NCBI GenBank assembly: GCA_964621445.1
Contig: CAZUNO010000032.1
Coordinates: forward strand, 1-27,186
Origin: Candidatus Hadarchaeota archaeon
GTDB taxonomy: Archaea > CAYQAE01 > CAYVLA01
Direction of reading: 5' to 3'
DNA length: 27,186 nucleotides
Shown: piece after piece, positions 1 to 8,603 of the stretch
Numbering within the stretch: position 1 is the first letter of the stretch
Layout: each line of letters opens with the position of its first letter
Position numbers and translations under genes: made by a program
Notes under the pieces: model-generated
The model's input: only the letters and a program-made list of their open reading frames with translations
Databases searched by the model: none
What the model was told of the DNA's origin: nothing

Positions 1-241
1 TCATCTCCTTTTTATAATGTGTATATCCTAAAGTTCCATTTATACGCTCTAAGCCAATGGGAGGTGTGGAAAATTGCCCCGTAGGGCGACCCATCCACAA
101 ATTCATTCCACTCACTCATATCCTGAGAGGAATCAAGGATCATAACTTCAAAACTTGCCAAAAAAAACCATCCTGAAAGATTCTGAGCTTATCACATATA
201 CCCAAATATAAAACAAAGGGGATGTTTGCTTGAATAACGAT

Positions 242-1210
242 CTAGCTTTCGTATAATCTATCGAGTTTTTCCTTAAGAAGACGCTTCTCACGCAACGACA
301 CATTCTTTTTACTTCGAGACAACTGAAACCTATCCGGAATTTCGGCCCGAGTATCCAGCTGCAAACCGTTCTGCTCAGCGAATAATCTTACCTTCCTTAT
401 CTCTTTCCTAGGGCTCTTACAAAGGGACTCGTAGTGGATTTCCTTCAATCTCCAATCACCAACCCTCTCAATGTCCCGGCTAATATTTTTTTCGACGTAA
501 TATACCTGCCCGGCAACCTGGTCAAGGTAAGGTAAATCTCTTAGATGCTCAATTTCCTTGGGCATAACGGACCACCATTTCGAAACATTTTCCTCATTTT
601 TGGTTCTAGCATGAAGAATGGAAACCGCAACACGTAAGCGATCTCTTTTCATTTGAATAAAAAGTGCATGTGGAAAAATATCTACCAAAGAGCGAATTCT
701 TACACCATGCATAACGTTTTTGTTAAGAAACGGAGCGTCAAAAATATCCTCAAATCCCTTAACAGTCTGGTACATAAGGTCTTTTTCGGATTCGTCAACC
801 GTATTCTCCGCCGAATAATTGAACCCTTCCCTTTGTTCTGTCGGATACCATCGGTTCCATATCTTTCCTGCTTCGTGGGGCGCCATCAATCCCTTTGTTC
901 TTCCATAGCTACTATCAAAACTTGTCTCATGCTCGGCCAGAAGCCATTTCCCTAACTCCGCAACCAAGATGGGAGCCTCATAAAAGATACCAGAAATATT
1001 TGGCACATAAGCTAGATTGAAACGACGAAGCATTAGTTGATAAAATAATGTAGTTCCGGTTCTTGGGACGCCAATTATGAATATAGGTGGGTATCGTAGC
1101 TTACCCGTGGATCTCTTCAGAGATCCTGATTCTAATCTTTTCAGTAAGGGGTTTGCTATTTTTCCAAGAGCATAGTAGAAACCTCGTTTCGACATTTTGG
1201 ATATATTCAT
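242..1210 (-). CDS. PAPS-dependent sulfotransferase (P-loop sulfotransferase family)
   Basis: 322 aa. 5'-PSB loop PPIFIIGVPRTGTT, 3'-PB motif MKRDRLRVAVS, later IHYESL motif; lies in a glycan cluster. Confidence 0.85.
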   Translation of the reverse strand: MNISKMSKRGFYYALGKIANPLLKRLESGSLKRSTGKLRYPPIFIIGVPRTGTTLFYQLMLRRFNLAYVPNISGIFYEAPILVAELGKWLLAEHETSFDSSYGRTKGLMAPHEAGKIWNRWYPTEQREGFNYSAENTVDESEKDLMYQTVKGFEDIFDAPFLNKNVMHGVRIRSLVDIFPHALFIQMKRDRLRVAVSILHARTKNEENVSKWWSVMPKEIEHLRDLPYLDQVAGQVYYVEKNISRDIERVGDWRLKEIHYESLCKSPRKEIRKVRLFAEQNGLQLDTRAEIPDRFQLSRSKKNVSLREKRLLKEKLDRLYES

Positions 1211-1449
1211 GGAGGTACCAAACTATGGTGATTCTAAAGAGCTAGTTATCGTATCTTTTCAATCTTTTTTCATTTCACCCGCTGCCCCGCCCTTTTTATT
1301 AAATATGATTAGATAGTATTCCCTTATTTCCCGAAGTTTGAGCGGCTGATCTCCTCCTAGACCAGGAAAATGAACTTCTTGGACTTGAGATTTGTCGAAT
1401 ATGAATCCGAAACCCAAAAAAGGGAAACACCGAGAAAATCCGTATTCAA

Positions 1450-2274
1450 TTAGAGGTTTTTGGCGTCGAGAAACGGGCCACCTGAGAAGAGGAATTCTGA
1501 AATTCTATATCTAGTGACCCTTTTTTGAAATTTTCTGGCCCAAGATTCAGGTTCTGCATCATACTCCAAATAGGAGTTAAGAAGCCTACTCGCCCCTTGT
1601 ATATTTCCTTCAAATAATGCAAGTCTGTACGCTCTGAATACCACTTGTATCATATTTTGTCCAATCCTCTTCATTGCCTTCCCTCTGTCTGACCAATCCG
1701 TATCCTTTCCTGGCTTACGCTGAGGGTGAACCAATATATCCGTGAATTGGCGGGTTTCGAAACCGTGATACTTGGCGTGATAGATTGGAAGATGCTCCCA
1801 GCCGTAAACTTCTTTATAGAGACCATCATTATTCCAATCATTATACCACCATTTCCCACGGATCATCCTTGTCCCCCTGGGGAGAAAACGGCTTACTCTT
1901 CCACCTTCCACCATCCCCGATGCGATTACTAGTTTTTCGTTGGCAAGCATGCGATCCATTAATTTATTAACCCAATTGTTTGAAATAATGCTGTCAGCAC
2001 CAATTATGATTATGAAATCAAAATCTGGAGAGAGTTGACGTAGCCCCGAGTTGATGGTTTCGCAAATGCGAATAGTTCGAGATTTTGATTTGTGTACGGG
2101 GCCATCTATTACTCTCGCACCTGCTTTCCTTGCGATAATTTTGGTTCTATCCTTAGAATGATCATCGATAACGATTATAGGGTCCGGCACTACCTTTTGG
2201 TTTCTAATAGCTCTGATAGTGTTTTCAATAAACCTGGCCTCATCTTTTGCCGGAATAACACACCCCATTTCCAT
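1450..2274 (-). CDS. Glycosyltransferase family 2 (GT-A)
   Basis: N-terminal VIPAKDE...IIVIDDHSKDRT typical of GT2; GADS at the DXD position. Paralog of 4059-4880. Confidence 0.85.
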   Translation of the reverse strand: MEMGCVIPAKDEARFIENTIRAIRNQKVVPDPIIVIDDHSKDRTKIIARKAGARVIDGPVHKSKSRTIRICETINSGLRQLSPDFDFIIIIGADSIISNNWVNKLMDRMLANEKLVIASGMVEGGRVSRFLPRGTRMIRGKWWYNDWNNDGLYKEVYGWEHLPIYHAKYHGFETRQFTDILVHPQRKPGKDTDWSDRGKAMKRIGQNMIQVVFRAYRLALFEGNIQGASRLLNSYLEYDAEPESWARKFQKRVTRYRISEFLFSGGPFLDAKNL

Positions 2275-2293
2275 GGTTTACAATTCCAGATAT

Positions 2294-2316
2294 AGTGGTA
2301 GAAATATAATACCACT
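2294..2316. promoter_or_regulatory. Inverted repeat, possible operator, in the divergent GT2/deacetylase intergenic region
   Basis: AGTGGTA-N9-TACCACT with perfect 7-bp arms around the AT-rich spacer GAAATATAA, about 20 bp upstream of the GT2 start. Confidence 0.35.
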
Positions 2317-2443
2317 CAAAATGACGATTGGAGTCATAAAGTACCATTTTTTCAAGAACACTTAAGAAGGTAATATTGACCCCATTCTTTAATTCTCGGT
2401 GATTCGCCCTCAATGGCGGTCAACTAGTTAGATGAGGGATTAA

Positions 2444-3046
2444 TTGAAGAGAATACTGGCCATATCACCACATACAGATGATGCTGAACTCGGATGCGGA
2501 GGGACTCTGCACAAGCTCTCTAAGATCGGTGACGTAACAATAGTATCCCTTTCCGCCCCACACCCGGACCTAGGGGAGGAGTTCATTAATTCCGCCGAGA
2601 GAATTGGAGCAAATCCCGTTTTATATAGATATCCTAGGCGTCGTTTTCCCTCTAAGCGGCAGGAGATCCTTGATACACTTATCGATATCAGAAAAGAGAG
2701 GAAGCCCAGTATAGTTTTTTGTCCCTCTGAAATGGACGGTCATCAAGATCACATCGTTGTTTATAATGAAACTCTCAGAGCATTCAAATACGATCATTCG
2801 ATCTATACTTACGAAACCCCATGGAACCAATTTAGATCCGAGATAACTGCCTTCTCAATCCTAGAAGAGGAGGATTTCTCAGCAAAGAAGGACGCCCTTC
2901 AATGCTATAAGTCACAGCAGAGACATCATTACTTTGATCCGGTCTTTATTGAATCCTTGGCAAGAGTCAGGGGAGCCCAGGTAAATTCAAAATATGCCGA
3001 GGCCTTTGGAGTTGTGAGATGCTTCATAGGAGGACAAATGGAGTGA
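2444..3046 (+). CDS. PIG-L/LmbE family N-acetyl-sugar deacetylase
   Basis: Motifs SPHTDDAELGCGGT, DGHQDH, K..AL.CYKSQ and C-terminal YAEAF. TTG start after GAGGG. Confidence 0.9.
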   Translation: MKRILAISPHTDDAELGCGGTLHKLSKIGDVTIVSLSAPHPDLGEEFINSAERIGANPVLYRYPRRRFPSKRQEILDTLIDIRKERKPSIVFCPSEMDGHQDHIVVYNETLRAFKYDHSIYTYETPWNQFRSEITAFSILEEEDFSAKKDALQCYKSQQRHHYFDPVFIESLARVRGAQVNSKYAEAFGVVRCFIGGQME

Positions 3047-4062
3047 AGATTCTACTTACAGCTGTTGGTTGCCCTGGTGCCTCAACTCTCATCAGAATGC
3101 TCAAAGCGAATGGGGTCGAAGTCCATGGTGTGGACATGGATCGGGATGTGGTTGGAAGATGGTTGTGTGATTCCTTTCACCAAGTGCCTTCCGGAGATAG
3201 CGAAAAGTTTATTCCAGAAATTATATCATTATGTAGAAAACTGAAAGTAGACGCATTATTGCCTGAATCCTCAAACGAGGTCGTTCCCCTATCTCATTCC
3301 AGAATGGAATTTCCGTGTCCCGTCCTAGTTTCGGAATTGGAACCGTTGGAAGTTTCGCTAAACAAGGCGACTATGTATGAAGCACTGGAGAAAGGAAAGT
3401 TGAAGGATCAACTTCCTCGCTGGTGTTTGGTTGATGATGAGAATGAATTGTGGGAAATGGCAAATGAAATGGGTCTTGCTAAAGGCCAGCCAATCGTAGT
3501 AAAGCCAGCAATAGGCAAAGGGTCCCGAGGCGTTAGGGTCGTTGACCCCAATATGAATGCATATCAGCATTTTCTTCACTCTAAACCAGATAATAAGAGG
3601 ATTACCCCTGGAATGATGAGTGATATTCTAAAAAGCCGGGATTGTAAAGGTGAATTGCCAGTTCCTATGGTTGTAATGGAATATTTAGGGGAAGAACAGA
3701 GAACGGTCGATGCAATTTGTGATAAAGGTGAACTGCTTCTTTCTTCAGTAAAAACCGTCGAGAGAGCGCGCTGGGGAGTGGTAACTCTTAGTACCTTGGT
3801 GCGAGATCGAGTGCTTGTTGGACAGGCCATTGAAATCCTGGATCAAATTCCTCTTTCATGGTGTATAAATGTCCAATTTATTGGCGGAAAACTTGTGGAG
3901 ATCAATCCCCGCGTTTCTAGTTTTGTGCACCAGAAGGAGGTCTGTTTTCCGTATTTGGCCCTGCGGAAAGCATGCGGAATGTCGGTTGATTGGAAAGGAG
4001 CGGCAAAAAGGATTCAGATAGGCAGACGTATGGTTCGATATATGGATCAGGTTTTCGAATGA
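3043..4062 (+). CDS. ATP-grasp domain protein (carboxylate-amine ligase-like)
   Basis: N-terminal ILLTAVG, VVKPAIGKGSRGV, VMEYL and EINPR motifs. Start moved from 3019 to GTG 3043, which forms a GTGA overlap with the upstream stop and follows AGGAGG at 3028-3033. Confidence 0.85.
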   Translation: MKILLTAVGCPGASTLIRMLKANGVEVHGVDMDRDVVGRWLCDSFHQVPSGDSEKFIPEIISLCRKLKVDALLPESSNEVVPLSHSRMEFPCPVLVSELEPLEVSLNKATMYEALEKGKLKDQLPRWCLVDDENELWEMANEMGLAKGQPIVVKPAIGKGSRGVRVVDPNMNAYQHFLHSKPDNKRITPGMMSDILKSRDCKGELPVPMVVMEYLGEEQRTVDAICDKGELLLSSVKTVERARWGVVTLSTLVRDRVLVGQAIEILDQIPLSWCINVQFIGGKLVEINPRVSSFVHQKEVCFPYLALRKACGMSVDWKGAAKRIQIGRRMVRYMDQVFE

Positions 4063-4880
4063 AAGTGGGTTGTGTTATACCGGCTAGAAATGAAGAAAAA
4101 TTTGTAGGGAAAACAATCGAAGCTGTAAAAAGACAAACCATAGATATCCAGCCAATAATTCTGGTGGATGATAACTCCACCGATAACACGGGAAAAACCG
4201 CAAGAAAAGCTGGAGCTGAAGTTATTCAGGGCCCCGACCATAAATATGAGGCCAGAACCCTGAGGATATGTGAAACAGTAAATCATGGATTAATGGAATT
4301 ACCAAAAGGAATACAATACGTAATGATCGTTGGAGCCGATGATATAATACCCTCGAAGTGGTCGGCCAGTCTAATCGAATCGATGGAAAAGAACGAAAAT
4401 ATAGTAATCGCCTCTGGGGTTGTAGCGGGAAGTGGGCCGACAAGGACCCCCCGCGGTATACGTATGGTCGATTATATCTGGTGGAAAAGAGAGCATGAAC
4501 CTCCCGGACTTTATCGTGAATTGTACTGTTGGGAATCCTTTCTAGTCTTTTTTGCTTGGTGGAAAGGGTATTCTACCTATATAGATAAGGACCTGGTTAC
4601 TGTTCCGCAACGTGCTACCGGTTCTGAAATCAGTTGGCAAGAAAGGGGGAAAGGCATGCGTCAATGCGGAGCCGATATCTTACAGGTCTTCTGGCGGACG
4701 CTCAGGTTGTCATATTCATCAGGTTTAGACAGCTCAATAAACCTGATGTCAAGCTATCTAGAATCCGAATTTGAACCTGATCCATGGCTAGTCGAATTTC
4801 GTAAAAACTTGGTCAAACGTAGAATCGAGAAAAGACTCAAAAAATTTGCGGGCCGACTTTTCCCATCGATCAAAGGATAG
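4059..4880 (+). CDS. Glycosyltransferase family 2 (GT-A)
   Basis: VIPARNEE...ILVDDNSTDNT; GADD at the DXD position. Start set at ATG 4059 (ATGA overlap), aligning with the N-terminus of paralog 1450-2274. Confidence 0.85.
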   Translation: MKVGCVIPARNEEKFVGKTIEAVKRQTIDIQPIILVDDNSTDNTGKTARKAGAEVIQGPDHKYEARTLRICETVNHGLMELPKGIQYVMIVGADDIIPSKWSASLIESMEKNENIVIASGVVAGSGPTRTPRGIRMVDYIWWKREHEPPGLYRELYCWESFLVFFAWWKGYSTYIDKDLVTVPQRATGSEISWQERGKGMRQCGADILQVFWRTLRLSYSSGLDSSINLMSSYLESEFEPDPWLVEFRKNLVKRRIEKRLKKFAGRLFPSIKG

Positions 4881-4934
4881 TTTCCACAAGAGCCATTTGT
4901 ATGAATATCCTTAGAATATCAAATATTCACTAGA

Positions 4935-6425
4935 TCATGGTAATAGGTTTTTCGTGAACTGCTTTATGAATTCAAGTTCCTGTTTAGTTAGTCCCTTAAT
5001 TAGGAGTATTGCTGCAAAATATACTGCAATACCCGACCCCACTGAGATAATGAGCATAAGCGGTAAACTCTTAATCAATCCTTTGGTAAACCACACCACG
5101 ATAATCATTACAGTTGAGGCGAGCAGTGATTTTAGAACGAAGACTGATGGAAATTTTGCCAACCCAATTTCATATCCTCTACTCCAGGCATAGATCAAAA
5201 TCAGGGCGATTAAGTAGCTGAGAGTAGTAGCTAATGCAGCACCCAATATTCCAAGCCCTGGCAATAGAACGAAGTTCATGATGACATTGGATGCCGCGGC
5301 CAGCACCCAGATAGTGCCTAGCCTACGAGTATGTTTATGAAGTGGGAAAACTCTGGACAGAATCACGCATATCCCATAGAATGTGATTCCAACTGCCACA
5401 AACGGGGCAATAATGCTACCCTGTTCGGCGATCGTCTTTGTTGATAAGAAGAGGAGTAATGGTTTGGCCAGAATTGCCAACCCAAAGCAGGCCGGTATGG
5501 CAAGTAGTAGAAAAAATTTCAGCGTCCTAGTGATGAATTCCTGAGCCCGCGTCTTCTTATCCTTTTCCCACAGATTGAAGATGGTGGGATTTAGGACTAG
5601 GGTCAGGGGAGGTAGTATGAAGTTGACGGATCTACCTATCCCATAAGCAGCGCTATATATACCCACCATGGAATCGTTATAAAAAAGGCGTATTATATAG
5701 CGATCACAGAATCTTAGAATCCAACTGGATAGAGTTGATGCAATGGTTGGAATTCCGTAGGAAAGAAATTCCCTCATCCTGGTAAATTTTGGGACCGAGA
5801 AACCGATTTCACGGAATACAAGAGCCAACAAGAAGAAACTGAGAATTACACGCGTGATGATTGCACCTCGAATAGCTCCTGGAAGCCCTTGACCCAGGTT
5901 TATGAATAGATATACCAGGGCTATCTCTCCGTATCCCTTGAATATGGTGAGAATCGAGTAGGTTTTTACCCTCCTTCTGGCCAGGAAGAAGCTAAAAGAA
6001 ACGATATCAAGTGCATAAAGCGGTATGAGGAGTATTCCAAGGTTGATAACTTGGAGATCTTGTATCTGAAGCACGGTTTCGAGTGATAATATCATTATTT
6101 TGGCAATGAGAACCATGAGCATGCTGATTCCTAGAGAGAAGAATACGCAAGAGTAGAACCCCTCTCTCAGCTTGGATGTATCCTCTTGGGCTGAGAGGAA
6201 TCTACTAATTGAGTTTCTAAGTCCCAGGGTAGCGACCTTGGAAGTCAAGCCAACAAACAATATTATTTGGGTCCAGATTCCGTATGGAGCCTCTCCCATG
6301 TACTTGGTTATTATGGGTATAAAGAACAGGCCACGGATTCCTAAAAGCCCATTAGCCAGAGCTACCAATGAAACTTTTTTGGCAAAAATTGTATAGGAAC
6401 CTGATTCTTCTTGGCTCTGGGTCAG
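4935..6425 (-). CDS. Wzx/MOP-family polysaccharide flippase
   Basis: Many TM segments; YMGEAPYG, DRYII...VGIYSAAY and LLPGLGILGAALAT motifs. The track start is TTG 6368, but the frame stays open to a CTG at 6425 behind GGTG, which adds the usual FAKKVSL N-terminus. Confidence 0.85.
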   Translation of the reverse strand: MTQSQEESGSYTIFAKKVSLVALANGLLGIRGLFFIPIITKYMGEAPYGIWTQIILFVGLTSKVATLGLRNSISRFLSAQEDTSKLREGFYSCVFFSLGISMLMVLIAKIMILSLETVLQIQDLQVINLGILLIPLYALDIVSFSFFLARRRVKTYSILTIFKGYGEIALVYLFINLGQGLPGAIRGAIITRVILSFFLLALVFREIGFSVPKFTRMREFLSYGIPTIASTLSSWILRFCDRYIIRLFYNDSMVGIYSAAYGIGRSVNFILPPLTLVLNPTIFNLWEKDKKTRAQEFITRTLKFFLLLAIPACFGLAILAKPLLLFLSTKTIAEQGSIIAPFVAVGITFYGICVILSRVFPLHKHTRRLGTIWVLAAASNVIMNFVLLPGLGILGAALATTLSYLIALILIYAWSRGYEIGLAKFPSVFVLKSLLASTVMIIVVWFTKGLIKSLPLMLIISVGSGIAVYFAAILLIKGLTKQELEFIKQFTKNLLP

Positions 6426-6529
6426 AATTACACCGGGCCGTGCCTCAGTGAGGAGAGCTTTTTTTTCTTTCTATAAGATCCCTGGCGGGGCTTAATACAA
6501 TTTTTTATTTATGTTGTGAGCTAGTTTTG

Positions 6530-8500
6530 CTAGTCTTGATTGAACTTATAGATCCTAACGGTAGTGTCCCCCTGTTCTGAAGCAGGTGACGTATGAATCA
6601 ATTCAAATCTCTTCAACTCGGAATCTGGTCTTCCGAAAAGTAGTTTATAGATTGTCAAATTCTGAGCCTTTGGAGTTAGATCCTGCCATGAAACGGACCC
6701 CGTTTCCTGATTTATCTCGTAATATCCGTCGGGGAAGTCCGTTATATTACCCACTATCTGTGCAAATGCCCCTACAAGCCAGAAGTCGTGTTCGGGTACC
6801 ATTATGTATTCGACGTCATATCTCTCAAATATATCCGTAGCCACATCCTCAGGTGATAGGTAGGCACGGGCCGTGGCCTGAATGGTGCTGAAATTGGTGG
6901 TCGCCCCATCCGTAACACACCTTCTCTCGGCCACGGAGGTTATCCAGTGACCATAATCCCACCATGAGGCAACTATGGAATCCTCGGGTGTCTCCCTTTT
7001 CATCCAGGTCAAGGCGTCATACCATCCTTGTCCCAATACCGGTCCCCTGCCCCTGACCAACTGGAGACCGAGAATGAGTGATGGAGAAACGATTAGGAGT
7101 ACGGTTAAGATGGCCAATGGTGCCCCGACCTTTGCCATCGTTAGTTCGTTTCTGGCCAATTCGCGGGCACTTTTCGATTTTGATGCCACCAATGACCGTA
7201 TGGAGCGACCCCGGGAGAGTATGGATATGAATTCGCGAGTGGCAAAAGCGCTCAATAGACACAAGGCTGGTGTGAATAGCATGGTACTCCTGATAGCAGA
7301 TAATCCGGCATAGAAACCCGAACCTGCCCAAAGAATGAGAAGTATGTCCTGTAATTTTCTACGACTAAGACAGTAAATGACTCCGGCTAACGCGAGGAAT
7401 GGATAGAAACTGTACCTGGAGAACCAATCGCTTACCGTCGGTTTAGCATACTCCTGGACGGTAACGTGCATTCCGGTTTCAGGAGTTTCAAATGGGTTAA
7501 GTAAAATAATGAACTTTCGGGCAACCTTGAAATCGATTATTCCCAGGCTAGAACCGACAAAGGGAAATGAACCGGCCAGAGCAACCGCTATGAGAAAGAT
7601 AGCTATGCCATTCTTTCTTGTAACAATTGCTCTTCTAACCATTAACCTGCAAAGTGCGAAGTAAAAAACAAGGGCAAGCACGGAAAGTATATGTATGAGA
7701 ATGAAAGGATTCGAGGTGCCCCAGTTAGCTATTGTATTTCCGATAATTACCATGGAAATGGACACAACAATGCTGCCGATGATGACATTATCACCTATGT
7801 CCACTAGTTCTGTGATATCAAGGAAAACCATTACTCCGTAAAATGCCGTCAGGAGCAGGAGAATGTAGGTAAAACCTCCCCAGGTAAGTGCAACTAGGCC
7901 AAAAAATAATCCTGTTCCTAGTGCCTTAACCAGACTTTTTTCCATTTTAGTATCCTTGAGCATCTTGAAGAAGAAAACGAATCCAAAGAGCATTAGGGTT
8001 AGAGCCAGGCATTCCTTATCCGCCACCCCTCCCATGGTCCTGTTCAGATATTCCGGAATGGTGGCCAATAAGAAGGCGGCCAATATCCCGGTCAGGTCAT
8101 CTCTCAATTCCTTACCGATCATATAGGCCGGAAAGATGCTCAGAGAACCAAAAATCACGGGGAAAACGATGGTCCATGAATTAAGGGTCGTCTCCACCCC
8201 CAGATTCTTTACGATCATGTAGGTATAGGCGATTGAGAAGGGAAGCAACGGCATCGATGCATGGAGCGGTCTTCCCACTGGCTGCCAACCGAGGTTATCC
8301 CAGGACGGGAAATAACCCTTCTCCACCACGTTCCTGGCCATGCGAAACATGAAGAATGCATCGGGATCCATAATGGTCCCATACTTGGTGGGAACCATCC
8401 TTATGGCCGCCGCTAGGAAAAAGATGAGTACCAGGGCAATGATGGCCCAATTCTCCTCGATCTCTGGAGGTATGGATATCTGGGATGACGTCCTTCTCAC
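6530..8500 (-). CDS. aglB: Oligosaccharyltransferase AglB/STT3 (copy 1)
   Basis: 656 aa multi-TM N-domain with DPD, ADKE, TVQE (TIXE), WWDYG and DGATTNFS motifs. GGTGA RBS before the GTG start. Confidence 0.93.
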   Translation of the reverse strand: MRRTSSQISIPPEIEENWAIIALVLIFFLAAAIRMVPTKYGTIMDPDAFFMFRMARNVVEKGYFPSWDNLGWQPVGRPLHASMPLLPFSIAYTYMIVKNLGVETTLNSWTIVFPVIFGSLSIFPAYMIGKELRDDLTGILAAFLLATIPEYLNRTMGGVADKECLALTLMLFGFVFFFKMLKDTKMEKSLVKALGTGLFFGLVALTWGGFTYILLLLTAFYGVMVFLDITELVDIGDNVIIGSIVVSISMVIIGNTIANWGTSNPFILIHILSVLALVFYFALCRLMVRRAIVTRKNGIAIFLIAVALAGSFPFVGSSLGIIDFKVARKFIILLNPFETPETGMHVTVQEYAKPTVSDWFSRYSFYPFLALAGVIYCLSRRKLQDILLILWAGSGFYAGLSAIRSTMLFTPALCLLSAFATREFISILSRGRSIRSLVASKSKSARELARNELTMAKVGAPLAILTVLLIVSPSLILGLQLVRGRGPVLGQGWYDALTWMKRETPEDSIVASWWDYGHWITSVAERRCVTDGATTNFSTIQATARAYLSPEDVATDIFERYDVEYIMVPEHDFWLVGAFAQIVGNITDFPDGYYEINQETGSVSWQDLTPKAQNLTIYKLLFGRPDSELKRFELIHTSPASEQGDTTVRIYKFNQD

Positions 8501-8603
8501 CGACTATCACCTATCCAAATGCCGAGTTTGAAATATATATCCCGCCGAGGTAACCATACAAGTAATAAACTTACCCTGAACCAAACTCCCAGGCGAGCTG
8601 GCC

